In this document: positions 8,854-18,863 of the stretch, in pieces | Numbering within the stretch: position 1 is the stretch's first letter | How the letters are laid out: each line of letters starts with the position of its first letter | NCBI GenBank assembly: GCA_008369845.1 | Contig: MRSU01001520.1 | Coordinates: forward strand, 1 to 49,912 | Origin: Trichomonas gallinae | Taxonomy: Eukaryota | DNA: 49,912 nt | Direction of reading: 5' to 3' | Translations under genes and position numbers: made by a program | The notes under the pieces: generated by a model | The model's input: the letters and a program-made list of their open reading frames with translations, nothing else | Told to the model about the DNA's origin: nothing | Databases searched by the model: none

Positions 8854-11613
8854 ATGTTATGGTTACTGATCTTCTTTAGCATTTTTTGGAGAAAATATTG
8901 TCTTTTATTCGAAACATCTGTTTATGTCTGTCCGCCAGACTATGAACAAGTAACCTACAAAACAAAAAAGATCGAATTGGAGCCAGACAAAAATAATGAA
9001 CTTGAAGTTTACGTGACTTGGCAATGCATTCAAGATATTGTTATCAATGTTACGCATTCAACCAAAGTCAAGATAAAATCATCTTTAACACAAGAAATAA
9101 CAGTAGCTGCAGATTATACAATTTCATTTGCTCAATTTGAAGACTCAACAGTTATAATAAAGTCAAAAATGATCATAGAAGACTTGATTTTGAAGTATTC
9201 AACAGTAAGATTACTAGAAGAATCAGCGCAAATTCAACATATTTCAGTTTACATGTGCCAATATGCAGAAGGATCTGTTTCTCTTGCAAAACTATCGAAT
9301 AACATTACATTTGTCTTTGATTCGCAAACTTATCCGAGAATTTCGTTCGATAACCTCAAAATTGGATTTCATTACCGGGTATCTGAAGTATTGAATGCGC
9401 ATGAGATATATCTACCGAAAGATTTGGTCTATGACATTCTTTTGAAATCATTCGATGAACCTCTTTTAGTTTTATCATCAGCAACAACAGAAATCATTAA
9501 TCCATACAAAATTACATTTGCTAATTTCACATCTCCGCCTTATATTCGATTACAAGATTCAATTTACAATTTTACCAAATACACTACGAAAACTGCTATA
9601 GAATCCGACACAAACGAAAATATTACGTTTTATACCACGAAAAATAGCATTCCACAGTTTTTCCAAGAAAATTCTAAATTTATTATTCAAAATCATACAA
9701 TTGGCCAATATTGCTTAGTTTGTTCTGATGATTTCATACCTCTTTGTCCAGGAGATGCGGAATTAAGATATTACACGCCAACAGATCCAATTAATGAACC
9801 AATTGTTCCTGATTCGCACAAATCAGTTGTTTTTCATCTAACTTCAACGAAAGAAAAAGAAGAACCAATTGTCTCTATGTCTATAATTGACGAAATGTCA
9901 GTGACATTTGTTGGTGTTAGAGATCTAATTCCATTTTCTCGCTATCATCTCGGTTTAATTCATTATGGACAAAATTCCATACAAACTCTTATACTTGAGA
10001 AAGTTTCTATATCAGTTATATCTGTGAATCCTATCAATGTTGATGTTCTCTTTCTTACAAACTCATTCGTTGAAACAAGAAGTGCAATGATTGCTGTCCA
10101 ATCCGCTGCGAACTTCGACAAAGAATCGTACCCGGTTCTAAACATCCTGACTCCAATAAATTCGGAACCGAAATGTCCGAACCGTGCAATAAAACTCATC
10201 TCGAACATTTCAGTTATACAAATGAGCCACAAGTGGATATGCGTCGACAAAACAATGAACTTCACGAATGTTTACGCAAGCGCTGTCAGATTATTTAGCG
10301 AGTCAAACAAAACTAGAATAGAGTTCAAGTCCGGAATGCCAAAAGGCAACTTAGAACTTCCAATGTCTTTAGATTTATCAGGCGAAATGACAAACGTAAC
10401 ATTTGCTTATAACTGGGATAATTATATTCCGATTTTTTCGAAGCCTTTAAATTTCCCAATCAAAAGCAAAGGAATCATCAACTTCTACAGCGAAATTCCG
10501 AGCTGGCCTATGATGGTTTTCGATGTGCAGCCGTTCATTGTTTATTGCTCTAAAGGTGGTAGATACTGTTTTTACGGACAAGGATTGAAATGTCCGGCGA
10601 ATTATCACCTAACAATTCCAATGAGTGAGTTCACTACAACATTTAAAATCTATGCGCACATGGATACAGGTCGACTAGATATATACTTTGCGCAGTCAAA
10701 AGAGCATCAAACACCAAGATTGATTTTGTCGAATATAATTAATATCAATTCTTTGATTATTTTAGGATCAAAGCCAATCATCTTTGATGTGTCATATTTC
10801 ATCAGTTATTTATCTATTTTGTATTTCGGACCAGAGCTTGTAAAAGTTGTTTCTAATCCAAAGAACTTGTTAAACGTCAACCAGTTCTCTTGGCATGATT
10901 CGTCTCTCGTTACTTTCGAAAACGTAACAATTCAGCCAACAACATTCATATGCAGGACTCCACAAGTAACTAATTTCGATTTCGTTGAAGATCCTTCTTA
11001 TACTTCTATCACTTTAATCCTCAATAACACATATAATGGAATATTGCTGACAGATGAAGCAGTCATTTTATTGACGAAAAATTCAAAGATTTCTCTTAAT
11101 AACGATTTCATGTCAATCAGTGTAATTTTCTCTGATGAAGCCTGGCGAGAGAATTTGTTTATCAACAGCACTGCCAGTTATGTTGACGTCAATTTGATGA
11201 TATATTCGAACGTTGGCACAACTATAAACTTTGAACTTGGAATTCCAATGTTTTATTTGGAAACTAAAACCAAAATTTCTCTCGCGAGGCCAACAAAAGG
11301 ATTAGTTTACATCATCTCGCCTAGAAATGTTCTACCTGATTCCATGGTTTTCCCTGTGAATTCGTCTGATGTTATCTACAAATTTGCTCCACCAGCTTCT
11401 CCAACAATGTCGAAGAATTCTCCAGCTGTTATAACTACAGGAATCGCAGTAGGTGTTTATTTGTTTGTTTGCATTTTCTTCATCATTTTGCTGTTCATTG
11501 TCGGATACATGTCGATCACATGCCAGAACTCTCCAGAGCTTCCAACAGATTTGCTAATGACACCAATCAACACAATCCCGAATAACGACAGCGAAAACTA
11601 CTCAAGACTTTAA
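8854..11613 (+). CDS. Type I single-pass membrane protein with three ~280-aa modules each starting YC-x(n)-CP; C-terminal YxxL motif
   Basis: Hydrophobic N-terminus MLWLLIFFSIFW, TM segment GIAVGVYLFVCIFFIILLFIVGY, tail ending YSRL. Confidence 0.8.
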   Translation: MLWLLIFFSIFWRKYCLLFETSVYVCPPDYEQVTYKTKKIELEPDKNNELEVYVTWQCIQDIVINVTHSTKVKIKSSLTQEITVAADYTISFAQFEDSTVIIKSKMIIEDLILKYSTVRLLEESAQIQHISVYMCQYAEGSVSLAKLSNNITFVFDSQTYPRISFDNLKIGFHYRVSEVLNAHEIYLPKDLVYDILLKSFDEPLLVLSSATTEIINPYKITFANFTSPPYIRLQDSIYNFTKYTTKTAIESDTNENITFYTTKNSIPQFFQENSKFIIQNHTIGQYCLVCSDDFIPLCPGDAELRYYTPTDPINEPIVPDSHKSVVFHLTSTKEKEEPIVSMSIIDEMSVTFVGVRDLIPFSRYHLGLIHYGQNSIQTLILEKVSISVISVNPINVDVLFLTNSFVETRSAMIAVQSAANFDKESYPVLNILTPINSEPKCPNRAIKLISNISVIQMSHKWICVDKTMNFTNVYASAVRLFSESNKTRIEFKSGMPKGNLELPMSLDLSGEMTNVTFAYNWDNYIPIFSKPLNFPIKSKGIINFYSEIPSWPMMVFDVQPFIVYCSKGGRYCFYGQGLKCPANYHLTIPMSEFTTTFKIYAHMDTGRLDIYFAQSKEHQTPRLILSNIININSLIILGSKPIIFDVSYFISYLSILYFGPELVKVVSNPKNLLNVNQFSWHDSSLVTFENVTIQPTTFICRTPQVTNFDFVEDPSYTSITLILNNTYNGILLTDEAVILLTKNSKISLNNDFMSISVIFSDEAWRENLFINSTASYVDVNLMIYSNVGTTINFELGIPMFYLETKTKISLARPTKGLVYIISPRNVLPDSMVFPVNSSDVIYKFAPPASPTMSKNSPAVITTGIAVGVYLFVCIFFIILLFIVGYMSITCQNSPELPTDLLMTPINTIPNNDSENYSRL

Positions 11614-11811
11614 TAAAATGTTTGTATTTTTTAGAACCATAATAGCCAAACCAAAGAGTTTTTGAAAAGAAAAATTAACAGTGTTTAAATCTACATCGTA
11701 TATGAAACAATAATTTAGAATAAGTTGGTATAATGATTCATTTGGCTACAAAACCAGAAAACGTTTCAAAATCATGACGAAATACTTATGATGAATGAGA
11801 AGACGGTAATG

Positions 11812-13221
11812 TTAAATTCCTTCGAATTTGGAGAGAGGACGATTGAAATCAAGAATTGGAGCGACAACTGTTCTTCCATGTGCACAGTGGTTTGGTCTGT
11901 CTGAATTAGCCAAATCGGCTAACAAAGCTCTTGCGCGTGTGTCATCGATGAAATCTCCAAATTTTATTGCAGTTTTGCATGCTCTTGTTCTTAAGGCATC
12001 CAGAATACAATCAGGGATTTCTGGCTCATTTCCTGACGATGATTGTATCGCAAAATTGATCATACCGGTCATATCATCGATGATGACTCCGCAAACACAA
12101 GGAACTGCAACAACTTGGAGGCCATTTATCCTCCATCCCCATTTTTTGAGAGCTTCGTCTGATCTTTTGTTAATTGGGAGCATGAATGACTTGTGAATCT
12201 CCATTGGTCTCATCAACGTCTTTGGATGCCTTTCAACGAAAGCTAGTTTCATGAGTTTGGACAGATTCACTCTTTCATGTGCAGCATGTTGATCAACTGC
12301 ATAAAGAATGTTATCATATGTAGCCAAAATGAACTTTCTATTGAATATCGAAATATATTGTAAATTTCGAATGACATCTTCTCCAACATTGATTGTTTCT
12401 GAATCATTCAAGAACTCTTCTTCTTTCTCTAACATAATTGTTAGGCCTTCTCGGTCCCAGATAAAATCAATAATTTTTCCTTCTGTGACTGTAATATATT
12501 TATCTGATGATTTTATCTCTTCATATCCTATTAATGCTCTATTTGCTGGATATCCATTGATAATGAAATGTTCGAAAGATTTTATTGAAAGATCAACAAG
12601 GGAAGTGATCTTTCTATCCGGTAATATGCATGGTTTAACACCAGTGATTTGCATGAATCTTTTCTCTAAATCATTAACTCGTGGCAGATCAATTATCAAA
12701 TTATTGCAAGATCCTATAAATCTGAAGGAAATTCCGGGAAAATCAAGAGATATTGTGCACAGGAATCGTTTGAACCTATTGATCAAAGCAATTTTCACTT
12801 TTGGATCAATAAACTCTTTGATTCTCAAATGATTATTATAAAATATCTTTGACAGTACTATTGTTGTTCCTGTGTCGAATGAATGATCGATGAATTGCTT
12901 ATCACCAATGGTTTTCCTTTCAATTTTCATTATAGACGATTTTGAAACAATATCGAGGTTTGCAATTGTAATCATTCGTCTTAGATGTGATTTATGACGC
13001 TTATACACACCTTTATCAGTTGATATATTGCATTGTTGAAAGATCTTGTTGATATTTTCAATTCCTTTTCCGTCATCAACGCAAATTATTTTATTCAACA
13101 GTAAATCTATAGTAATGATTATATTTCTAGAATCGGCATCAATTGAATTCATCAACAATTCAGCAGCAATCGCACAATGATCAACCAACTCAGCCATTTG
13201 AAAAAAATCTACTTCCAACAT
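11812..13221 (-). CDS. MLH3: MutL-family mismatch repair/meiotic endonuclease, MLH3-like, compact and divergent
   Basis: GHKL motifs ELLMNSIDA, DDGKGI, GTTI; C-terminal DQHAAHER, ACKTAIKFGD and CAHGRT (DQHAAHE and CAHGR are MLH3-type). Start placed at ATG 13221 (13197 is an alternative) because the longer track start runs through promoter-like motifs. Confidence 0.7.
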   Translation of the reverse strand: MLEVDFFQMAELVDHCAIAAELLMNSIDADSRNIIITIDLLLNKIICVDDGKGIENINKIFQQCNISTDKGVYKRHKSHLRRMITIANLDIVSKSSIMKIERKTIGDKQFIDHSFDTGTTIVLSKIFYNNHLRIKEFIDPKVKIALINRFKRFLCTISLDFPGISFRFIGSCNNLIIDLPRVNDLEKRFMQITGVKPCILPDRKITSLVDLSIKSFEHFIINGYPANRALIGYEEIKSSDKYITVTEGKIIDFIWDREGLTIMLEKEEEFLNDSETINVGEDVIRNLQYISIFNRKFILATYDNILYAVDQHAAHERVNLSKLMKLAFVERHPKTLMRPMEIHKSFMLPINKRSDEALKKWGWRINGLQVVAVPCVCGVIIDDMTGMINFAIQSSSGNEPEIPDCILDALRTRACKTAIKFGDFIDDTRARALLADLANSDRPNHCAHGRTVVAPILDFNRPLSKFEGI

Positions 13222-13553
13222 CACATCAAAAAAGTGCCAAGTAATCATATTTACATGACAAATTGTCATAATTTAAAACTCAACACAATCCATTAGCACA
13301 CTTATATACACAACTCTAGAATATGTTAGATTATGGCATTTATGTTTAAATCAACAAAAGCGGATATTTCCAATAGAAAATAATCTTCTATAAAAAAGCA
13401 TACATATTAAAGAATCAATTATAATAGAATTAATACATACATATTTAAGACAATGTGTTAAATTTGGTCTCCTCCTTCAACAATGATCTACAAGGAAATA
13501 AGGTTATCGCCAAATTCACCAATAACCTTTAAAAAAGATCCAATTTAGAGAAT

Positions 13554-15623
13554 TTAGTGTCCACTCTTCTCCATCTTCGGTTTATTTCCACCTACTTTTG
13601 ATTCCTTCTTCTGCGGCCTTACGCTACCAGCCTTAGATTCTTTCTTTTCTATCTGCTGAGTCTTTTCTAATCTCAGTCCACTCGCCTTTGATTCTGTCTT
13701 ATCCAACTTTAATCCATTAGCTTTGGATTCTGTCTTATCCAACTTTAATCCATTGGCTTTGGATTCAGTTTTATCCAATCTTAATCCATTTGCTTTGGAT
13801 TCTGTCTTATCTAGTTTAATTCCACCTGATCGAGAGTTTGATTTCTCTAATTTCAGGCCGTTTGCTTTTGATTCTTTTTTCTCTAGTCGTATGTTTTGAG
13901 CTTTTGATTCTTGGTGTTCGATTTTGTTTGACCTTTCGAGCCTTATATTTGCCTTTGATTCCTGTTTAGCAATTCTTGTGTCAGCTCTGGACTGGTTCTT
14001 TGGGATTCTTCCTTTTTCGGAGTTCTTTCTTTCAGGCTTCTGCATCACTGGTAGATTTCCGAGTGTCTGAGAGCCGCGGACTCCATGGTGTTTGTTGTTG
14101 ATAAGAGCGTCGACTCCTTCGCGTTTCTTATGTTTTTCGTTGTCAATTGTATTAACTTTCGAATTCTTTTTAGAAACTCTACGTCTGACTTTAGTTGTTT
14201 TGATTTTGAGGTTTACTGGCTTCTTTGGTGGAACTGGAGCCACTTTTTCTCCTTTTGTATAAGCATCGAAATCTTCATCATCTTCACCATCAAGAGTTTT
14301 GTCGATGAGAGTATCAAGAATGTTATCCTTCTTTGATGCTGTTGTTGATTCGAATGTGATTTCTGGTCTTTTCTTTCTTGGTTTTTTGTTAGTTTTATTT
14401 TCTTCATTAGAAGCTCTTGGTGGAGCTGGCATTCTCGTTATCATGGACTGCGCAGGTATAATCATTTCATCATTGTCGCCTGGCTCAGTGAAAATCATGA
14501 TTTCTTCATCATCATTCTTCTGACTTTGAGGAATTTCAGGAATAACTCTCTTCTTGTTCTGATCTGGTGAGTCTGACTCTTGATATGTTGTGTTTCCGAT
14601 GTAAAACTCAGTGGTTACTGGTTGTGGAGATGATTCAACATCATTTACTGGTTCATCGTCTTTTTGATCGTCAATTGGATCTGTATCATTCCTGCGCCAT
14701 GTAAAACCATCGTTTGAACGAGGAATTGGGCAAGGCAAGAACCAAATCGGACAATATTTTGCCGGTCCCATTGTTTCTACACAATTCTGCCAGCATCCTA
14801 GATCGTATGGGTTTGTAAAATCGCCACTCTGCTGTGATTTCAGTTCGTGCACTGTTGTATTGTTAGTTACGAGATATCTTGCGTGGCGAAGGAAAACAAC
14901 CATGAAAAAGATAAAGAAGAGCATAACAGGTATGAAGACTATGAATATTAATATGCGTGGTGGATAAGTGTGCCAGCCGTGTCTGGCCATATCTGCAATT
15001 TCCAATGCGCAAACGATGAAGAAAAATATGAACAGCATAACGAACCATACAAGTTGTATGAAGAAGAATCTGTAGTTCTTTAAGCCAACCCAGTTTCCTA
15101 TCCACTTGCAGATGTGGTCTGCTCTTAAAACGATTCTTTTCGCTTTTTGGCTCAAAACTGACCTCTCCGGCTTGTCAACGTTGCGCGCGAAGTCCATTTG
15201 TTCACTGTTTGTGATTATTCCGGCCATATGTTCCTCGTAAGTATATTGTTCACGTTTCTCTACATACCAAAACCAAGGCAGGTATCCAGCTGATCTGCAC
15301 ATGGACTGGAGGTACGCGGCCCACCAAATTAAGTACACTAATGCGCCTAAAACACACAAGATAATTGTTGCAGCTCCACTAGTAGTGTAAACTAGGGACC
15401 ATTCACCCGAAGCAAACGTAATGGTAGTGAGAGCTATGATGATTGCAGGATACAAAAAGGAGCATTCCCATTGATTACAGAAGTAAGAATTGATTGAAGG
15501 GAAATATGCGATGTGAAAAGGCCCGCACTTGCACTTCTCCTCCCATTTGCTGAACTCAGGGACGTCGTAATCTTCGCCATTTATTGTCACTGTCTTCCCT
15601 GAATAAGCAAATGCAGACTCCAT
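13554..15623 (-). CDS. Atypical DHHC-family protein S-acyltransferase (DHIC variant) with long charged C-terminal tail
   Basis: Four TM segments, SAGYLP (DPG-equivalent), KPERS...RADHICKWIGNWVGLKNYRFF, NNTTVHE (TTxE-like), NPYDLGCWQNC (PaCCT-like). Confidence 0.85.
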   Translation of the reverse strand: MESAFAYSGKTVTINGEDYDVPEFSKWEEKCKCGPFHIAYFPSINSYFCNQWECSFLYPAIIIALTTITFASGEWSLVYTTSGAATIILCVLGALVYLIWWAAYLQSMCRSAGYLPWFWYVEKREQYTYEEHMAGIITNSEQMDFARNVDKPERSVLSQKAKRIVLRADHICKWIGNWVGLKNYRFFFIQLVWFVMLFIFFFIVCALEIADMARHGWHTYPPRILIFIVFIPVMLFFIFFMVVFLRHARYLVTNNTTVHELKSQQSGDFTNPYDLGCWQNCVETMGPAKYCPIWFLPCPIPRSNDGFTWRRNDTDPIDDQKDDEPVNDVESSPQPVTTEFYIGNTTYQESDSPDQNKKRVIPEIPQSQKNDDEEIMIFTEPGDNDEMIIPAQSMITRMPAPPRASNEENKTNKKPRKKRPEITFESTTASKKDNILDTLIDKTLDGEDDEDFDAYTKGEKVAPVPPKKPVNLKIKTTKVRRRVSKKNSKVNTIDNEKHKKREGVDALINNKHHGVRGSQTLGNLPVMQKPERKNSEKGRIPKNQSRADTRIAKQESKANIRLERSNKIEHQESKAQNIRLEKKESKANGLKLEKSNSRSGGIKLDKTESKANGLRLDKTESKANGLKLDKTESKANGLKLDKTESKASGLRLEKTQQIEKKESKAGSVRPQKKESKVGGNKPKMEKSGH
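13672..13825 (-). repeat. 36-bp (12-aa) coding tandem repeat, about 4 copies, LDKTESKANGL[KR]; degenerate copies extend to about 13960
   Basis: + strand unit ctttggattctgtcttatccaactttaatccatt(a/g/t)g repeated in tandem. Confidence 0.9.
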
Positions 15624-16213
15624 ACAAAATAATTTTGATTTTGTTGGAACTCATAGAAAAAAATCAGACGTAATTTTGTAAAAAGTGACAATAAATTTTG
15701 TAAGATTTTATATAAACGGCTATGTTTATTTTTTTTTTAATATTCGCTATGCATTGTTTGTGTAATAAATCCTTGTCCTGTATTGCTATAATATCATGTG
15801 TGTTGAATCAATTTTGTTATATTTATCATTTTGACTCCAGGAGAAACTCTTTGTAATCGATGCTCTCAAAAATTAAGGTTCTGACATGACAAAATCAAAT
15901 AATTCAAAGAATTAAAGTGATTTTATTTAATTGGTATTTCTAACATAATACATTCATAGTTATATCCATTATACAAACCATGATGCCCTTATCTTGATAA
16001 TAAAAGATACAAACTTGATACCATTTAAGGTTCTGTAAAAATAAACACATCGTCATTCATTATTCTTAAGTGTTGTCAACTTCGACTTGAAAGCATATAT
16101 GGTGCCAACTCAGATCTGATAAAACACCTACATTGGCAGATGTCGTATTACGTTTGCCATGTCTCTTAATATTAAATTATATATCATTCGAATAATTAAA
16201 ATAAACTAACACT

Positions 16214-17674
16214 TTATCTCTTCTTATTTTTCTTCTGCTTTGTAATTCTGCGAATACTATCGACAAGACCGAGTTCTTCAATAATGGCTAATAAGATTGA
16301 TATGCTTGGCACACAAATTGCAAGCGCGAGAGTTGTGTGGATAACGACTGGCTGCGACTCAACAGCGTTTCTATACATTTGCCTGAAGTCTGGGAGTCCT
16401 TCGAATAAAATATCGAAGATCGATTCAACGCGAACTTCGTCTGGCCTGCTTCCCGATGAAAATTCCTCTTGATTTGCAAGTTGCTCGCGATGCTTTGGCA
16501 CGAAATGACCTGCATTCCACTCTTTCACTGCTGTTATATTCGTTGTCAAGAGTATATTGTTAATACCTACCATCTTGTCTACAACCCACAACTCGTAACC
16601 GACAGCAGCAACTGGCATAAGCAAAAACTCTTCCGGTGGCTCAGTGTAAGCTGGGTTAGGGATCATCCTTGGGTACCATTCACCTTTGTATTCAGGATTA
16701 TCGATCTGCCTCGGTCTCCACTTTCCGCGGTAAAGATCGTTCTTTATCAGGTTTGGAGTCCATTCACCGCATTTTCCTGTCGTGCAGTTCGGATTTAATA
16801 TCAATGGTGCCTCCCATTCGCCCATTATTTCTTCGTCCCATGTATCTGGCATCGTCGCGTTCGGATCTGGGATGTAAAACGACGCATTAACAAGCCAGTC
16901 GTATGGCATGTAGTCTCTTGGATCTGGGATGTATTCTGGCTGAGATTCATCCCAATCTGCCGGTTTTGTATCATTCGGGTCATTGATGACTCTTTCCGGC
17001 CAATTGTCTGGTTTTCTGTCTTGTGGGTCTGGGATCTCTTTTGGTTGAGAGATTGGGGGGTCGAAATCTGTTAAAATGTTACCAGTTCGAGATTCATCCC
17101 CATCAATAAGAATGGAATATGTACGATTCTTTCTGATTATGAGTGTATATAGGTGATTGAGTTTATCCGTTTTAGTTTCGGGAGCACTTCGTAAATGATG
17201 TTCGATATATTCATCAGATGTATATGATTTATGTCTATAAATGAAATGAACTTTGTTTGTATTTGAGCATTTGTCTGGTCCAAACATTATTGAGTATTTT
17301 GTTTCGTTTGTTACGTTATTTGGATGATAATTTTCGGTTGAGAATAGTTTTGCATATCCACCTGAGCAATCGTGTGAATCTTGACGTCGAATTTCATACT
17401 GGAAAACAAAATCATCTGCAGAAATGTTTATCGGATCTTCAAAATGATGGGAAATACCAAAATATTTTGGTCCATCTTTCATAAACAATAGTTTTTCATC
17501 CTCCATTCCTAATGGTGGTAGTGCTCTTTCAACATTCCATGTTCCGGAATAATTATTTGCTTTTGTGACAGCCCAATCCTTCTGCCAATTGGAGTTTCCA
17601 AACTGGTAGAAGAATATAGATCCATCAGCTGGCTGCTGCATGATTTCAATCAGCAAAGAATATAAAACAAACAT
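16214..17674 (-). CDS. Calnexin-like ER lectin chaperone (calreticulin family, with TM helix)
   Basis: QYE...CSGGYAKL, YSIMFGPDKC, KVHFI, HLYTLI, P-domain repeats IPDPQDRKPDNW, INDPNDTKPADWD, GEWEAPLILNP, YKGEWYPRMIPNPAY; C-terminal TM and KKNKKR tail. First ATG at 17674. Confidence 0.92.
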   Translation of the reverse strand: MFVLYSLLIEIMQQPADGSIFFYQFGNSNWQKDWAVTKANNYSGTWNVERALPPLGMEDEKLLFMKDGPKYFGISHHFEDPINISADDFVFQYEIRRQDSHDCSGGYAKLFSTENYHPNNVTNETKYSIMFGPDKCSNTNKVHFIYRHKSYTSDEYIEHHLRSAPETKTDKLNHLYTLIIRKNRTYSILIDGDESRTGNILTDFDPPISQPKEIPDPQDRKPDNWPERVINDPNDTKPADWDESQPEYIPDPRDYMPYDWLVNASFYIPDPNATMPDTWDEEIMGEWEAPLILNPNCTTGKCGEWTPNLIKNDLYRGKWRPRQIDNPEYKGEWYPRMIPNPAYTEPPEEFLLMPVAAVGYELWVVDKMVGINNILLTTNITAVKEWNAGHFVPKHREQLANQEEFSSGSRPDEVRVESIFDILFEGLPDFRQMYRNAVESQPVVIHTTLALAICVPSISILLAIIEELGLVDSIRRITKQKKNKKR

Positions 17675-17924
17675 AATCAAAATAAAATTAATGACATGTA
17701 AAATGCTGTATTTGTCATGTAAAATAATTCATATCAGAATCTAAAAACACATTTTTCCTATGATAAGGTTATTAACCAATAGATTCAATACACGTTGTAT
17801 ATGTGGATAGTTGTAAAACAGAAACAAATTGTATCTAATAGTTGATATAATTAAAAAATTAAATATTAATGTATTTTAGAATGTAGTTTTTAATCTTTAT
17901 GATTTTTGTAAAGATAGGATAGAT

Positions 17925-18260
17925 TCAATTGAATTCATGAACTTCACGGGCAAGATTGATAACATTTTCTTTGTCATCGAGAAGGTGAATTTGAGAAACT
18001 ATATCTTTGATGGCCATCCAGTTATCATTGAACCATTTGATGAGGACTCGCCTGTCTCGGAAGGAATCACGATCCAATTTTAAATTAGTTTTATAACATA
18101 CTATTTGAGCAATGCTTCTAAGCTCGCTCTGGGTGATACCCGAGCTGAACTGAGCAATTAAAAAATTCCAAACTTCACTTTTTTCGGGGATGAATCCCTT
18201 AAGCTTATCCATAATTCGCCTGGCCTCAGGACCGTCCGTAATCCGCCTCCTAGGACTCAT
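17925..18260 (-). CDS. Small (111 aa) trichomonad-expanded hypothetical protein with LDRxxxRxxxVLIKWFxxNW motif
   Basis: ATG at 18260 lies downstream of Inr TCACTT (18301-18296). The motif LKLDRDSFRDRRVLIKWFNDNW is recognised from memory as a recurrent trichomonad orphan family. Confidence 0.75.
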   Translation of the reverse strand: MSPRRRITDGPEARRIMDKLKGFIPEKSEVWNFLIAQFSSGITQSELRSIAQIVCYKTNLKLDRDSFRDRRVLIKWFNDNWMAIKDIVSQIHLLDDKENVINLAREVHEFN

Positions 18261-18362
18261 AATGGGCTTATGCGCAATCTTGATCAATACTGTAGAAGTG
18301 AAATCATTTTAAAATTTAATAAGAATCACAAAAATTATCACTCAATTTTCTGAGAAAATCTA

Positions 18363-18378
18363 CGGTTTTTCTAAACCG
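18363..18378. promoter_or_regulatory. Inverted pair of Myb-like (M3-type) elements CGGTTT-n4-AAACCG
   Basis: TACGGTTT on + and AGCGGTTT on - both fit the T. vaginalis M3 consensus DRCSGYTD; about 60 bp upstream of the Inr of the 17925-18260 gene. Confidence 0.45.
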
Positions 18379-18863
18379 CTTGTGTTTTAAAATTTTCATG
18401 AATATGTCTTTTTATCACACGTTTGTTATTACTATCCATTTTTAATCATAATTAGCTAAAAATTAGGACCAAATTTTATTAATTTTGATTCCATAGTTTT
18501 ATATTAAAGCAATGATCATTGGGTATCGCATTATTTGTTTTTAAATGGCATATCTAGCTGTATGAACAAGTATAGGTCATATTTAAATATATTCAAAATT
18601 TTGCAAAATTTATTATAGAAATGGATAATAGATATAGCGTAAATTAATTTTATGTGTTTTGCTGAATATAAATCAACATATAAGAAATACATAAAATTAA
18701 TTTTTGAAAACAAAAGTATATATAAAAGTTTTGAAATATTCATAATTTTCCATGTTTATTGACAGAAATCGATTACTATCATGAAGAATTATGTATTTCT
18801 AAGATGAAACAATCAGTATTAAAAAAAATGCCAACAGAAAAAAATTATTTTATTTTTAGTGCA

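Noticed and set aside
11602..11613. C-terminal SRL as a peroxisomal PTS1
   Set aside because: The protein has a signal-like N-terminus and a TM helix, YSRL fits a YxxPhi motif better, and peroxisomes are not established in Trichomonas.
18531..18743. 70-aa minus-strand ORF
   Set aside because: Extremely AT-rich with I/F/K/Y/N-dominated composition typical of chance intergenic ORFs.
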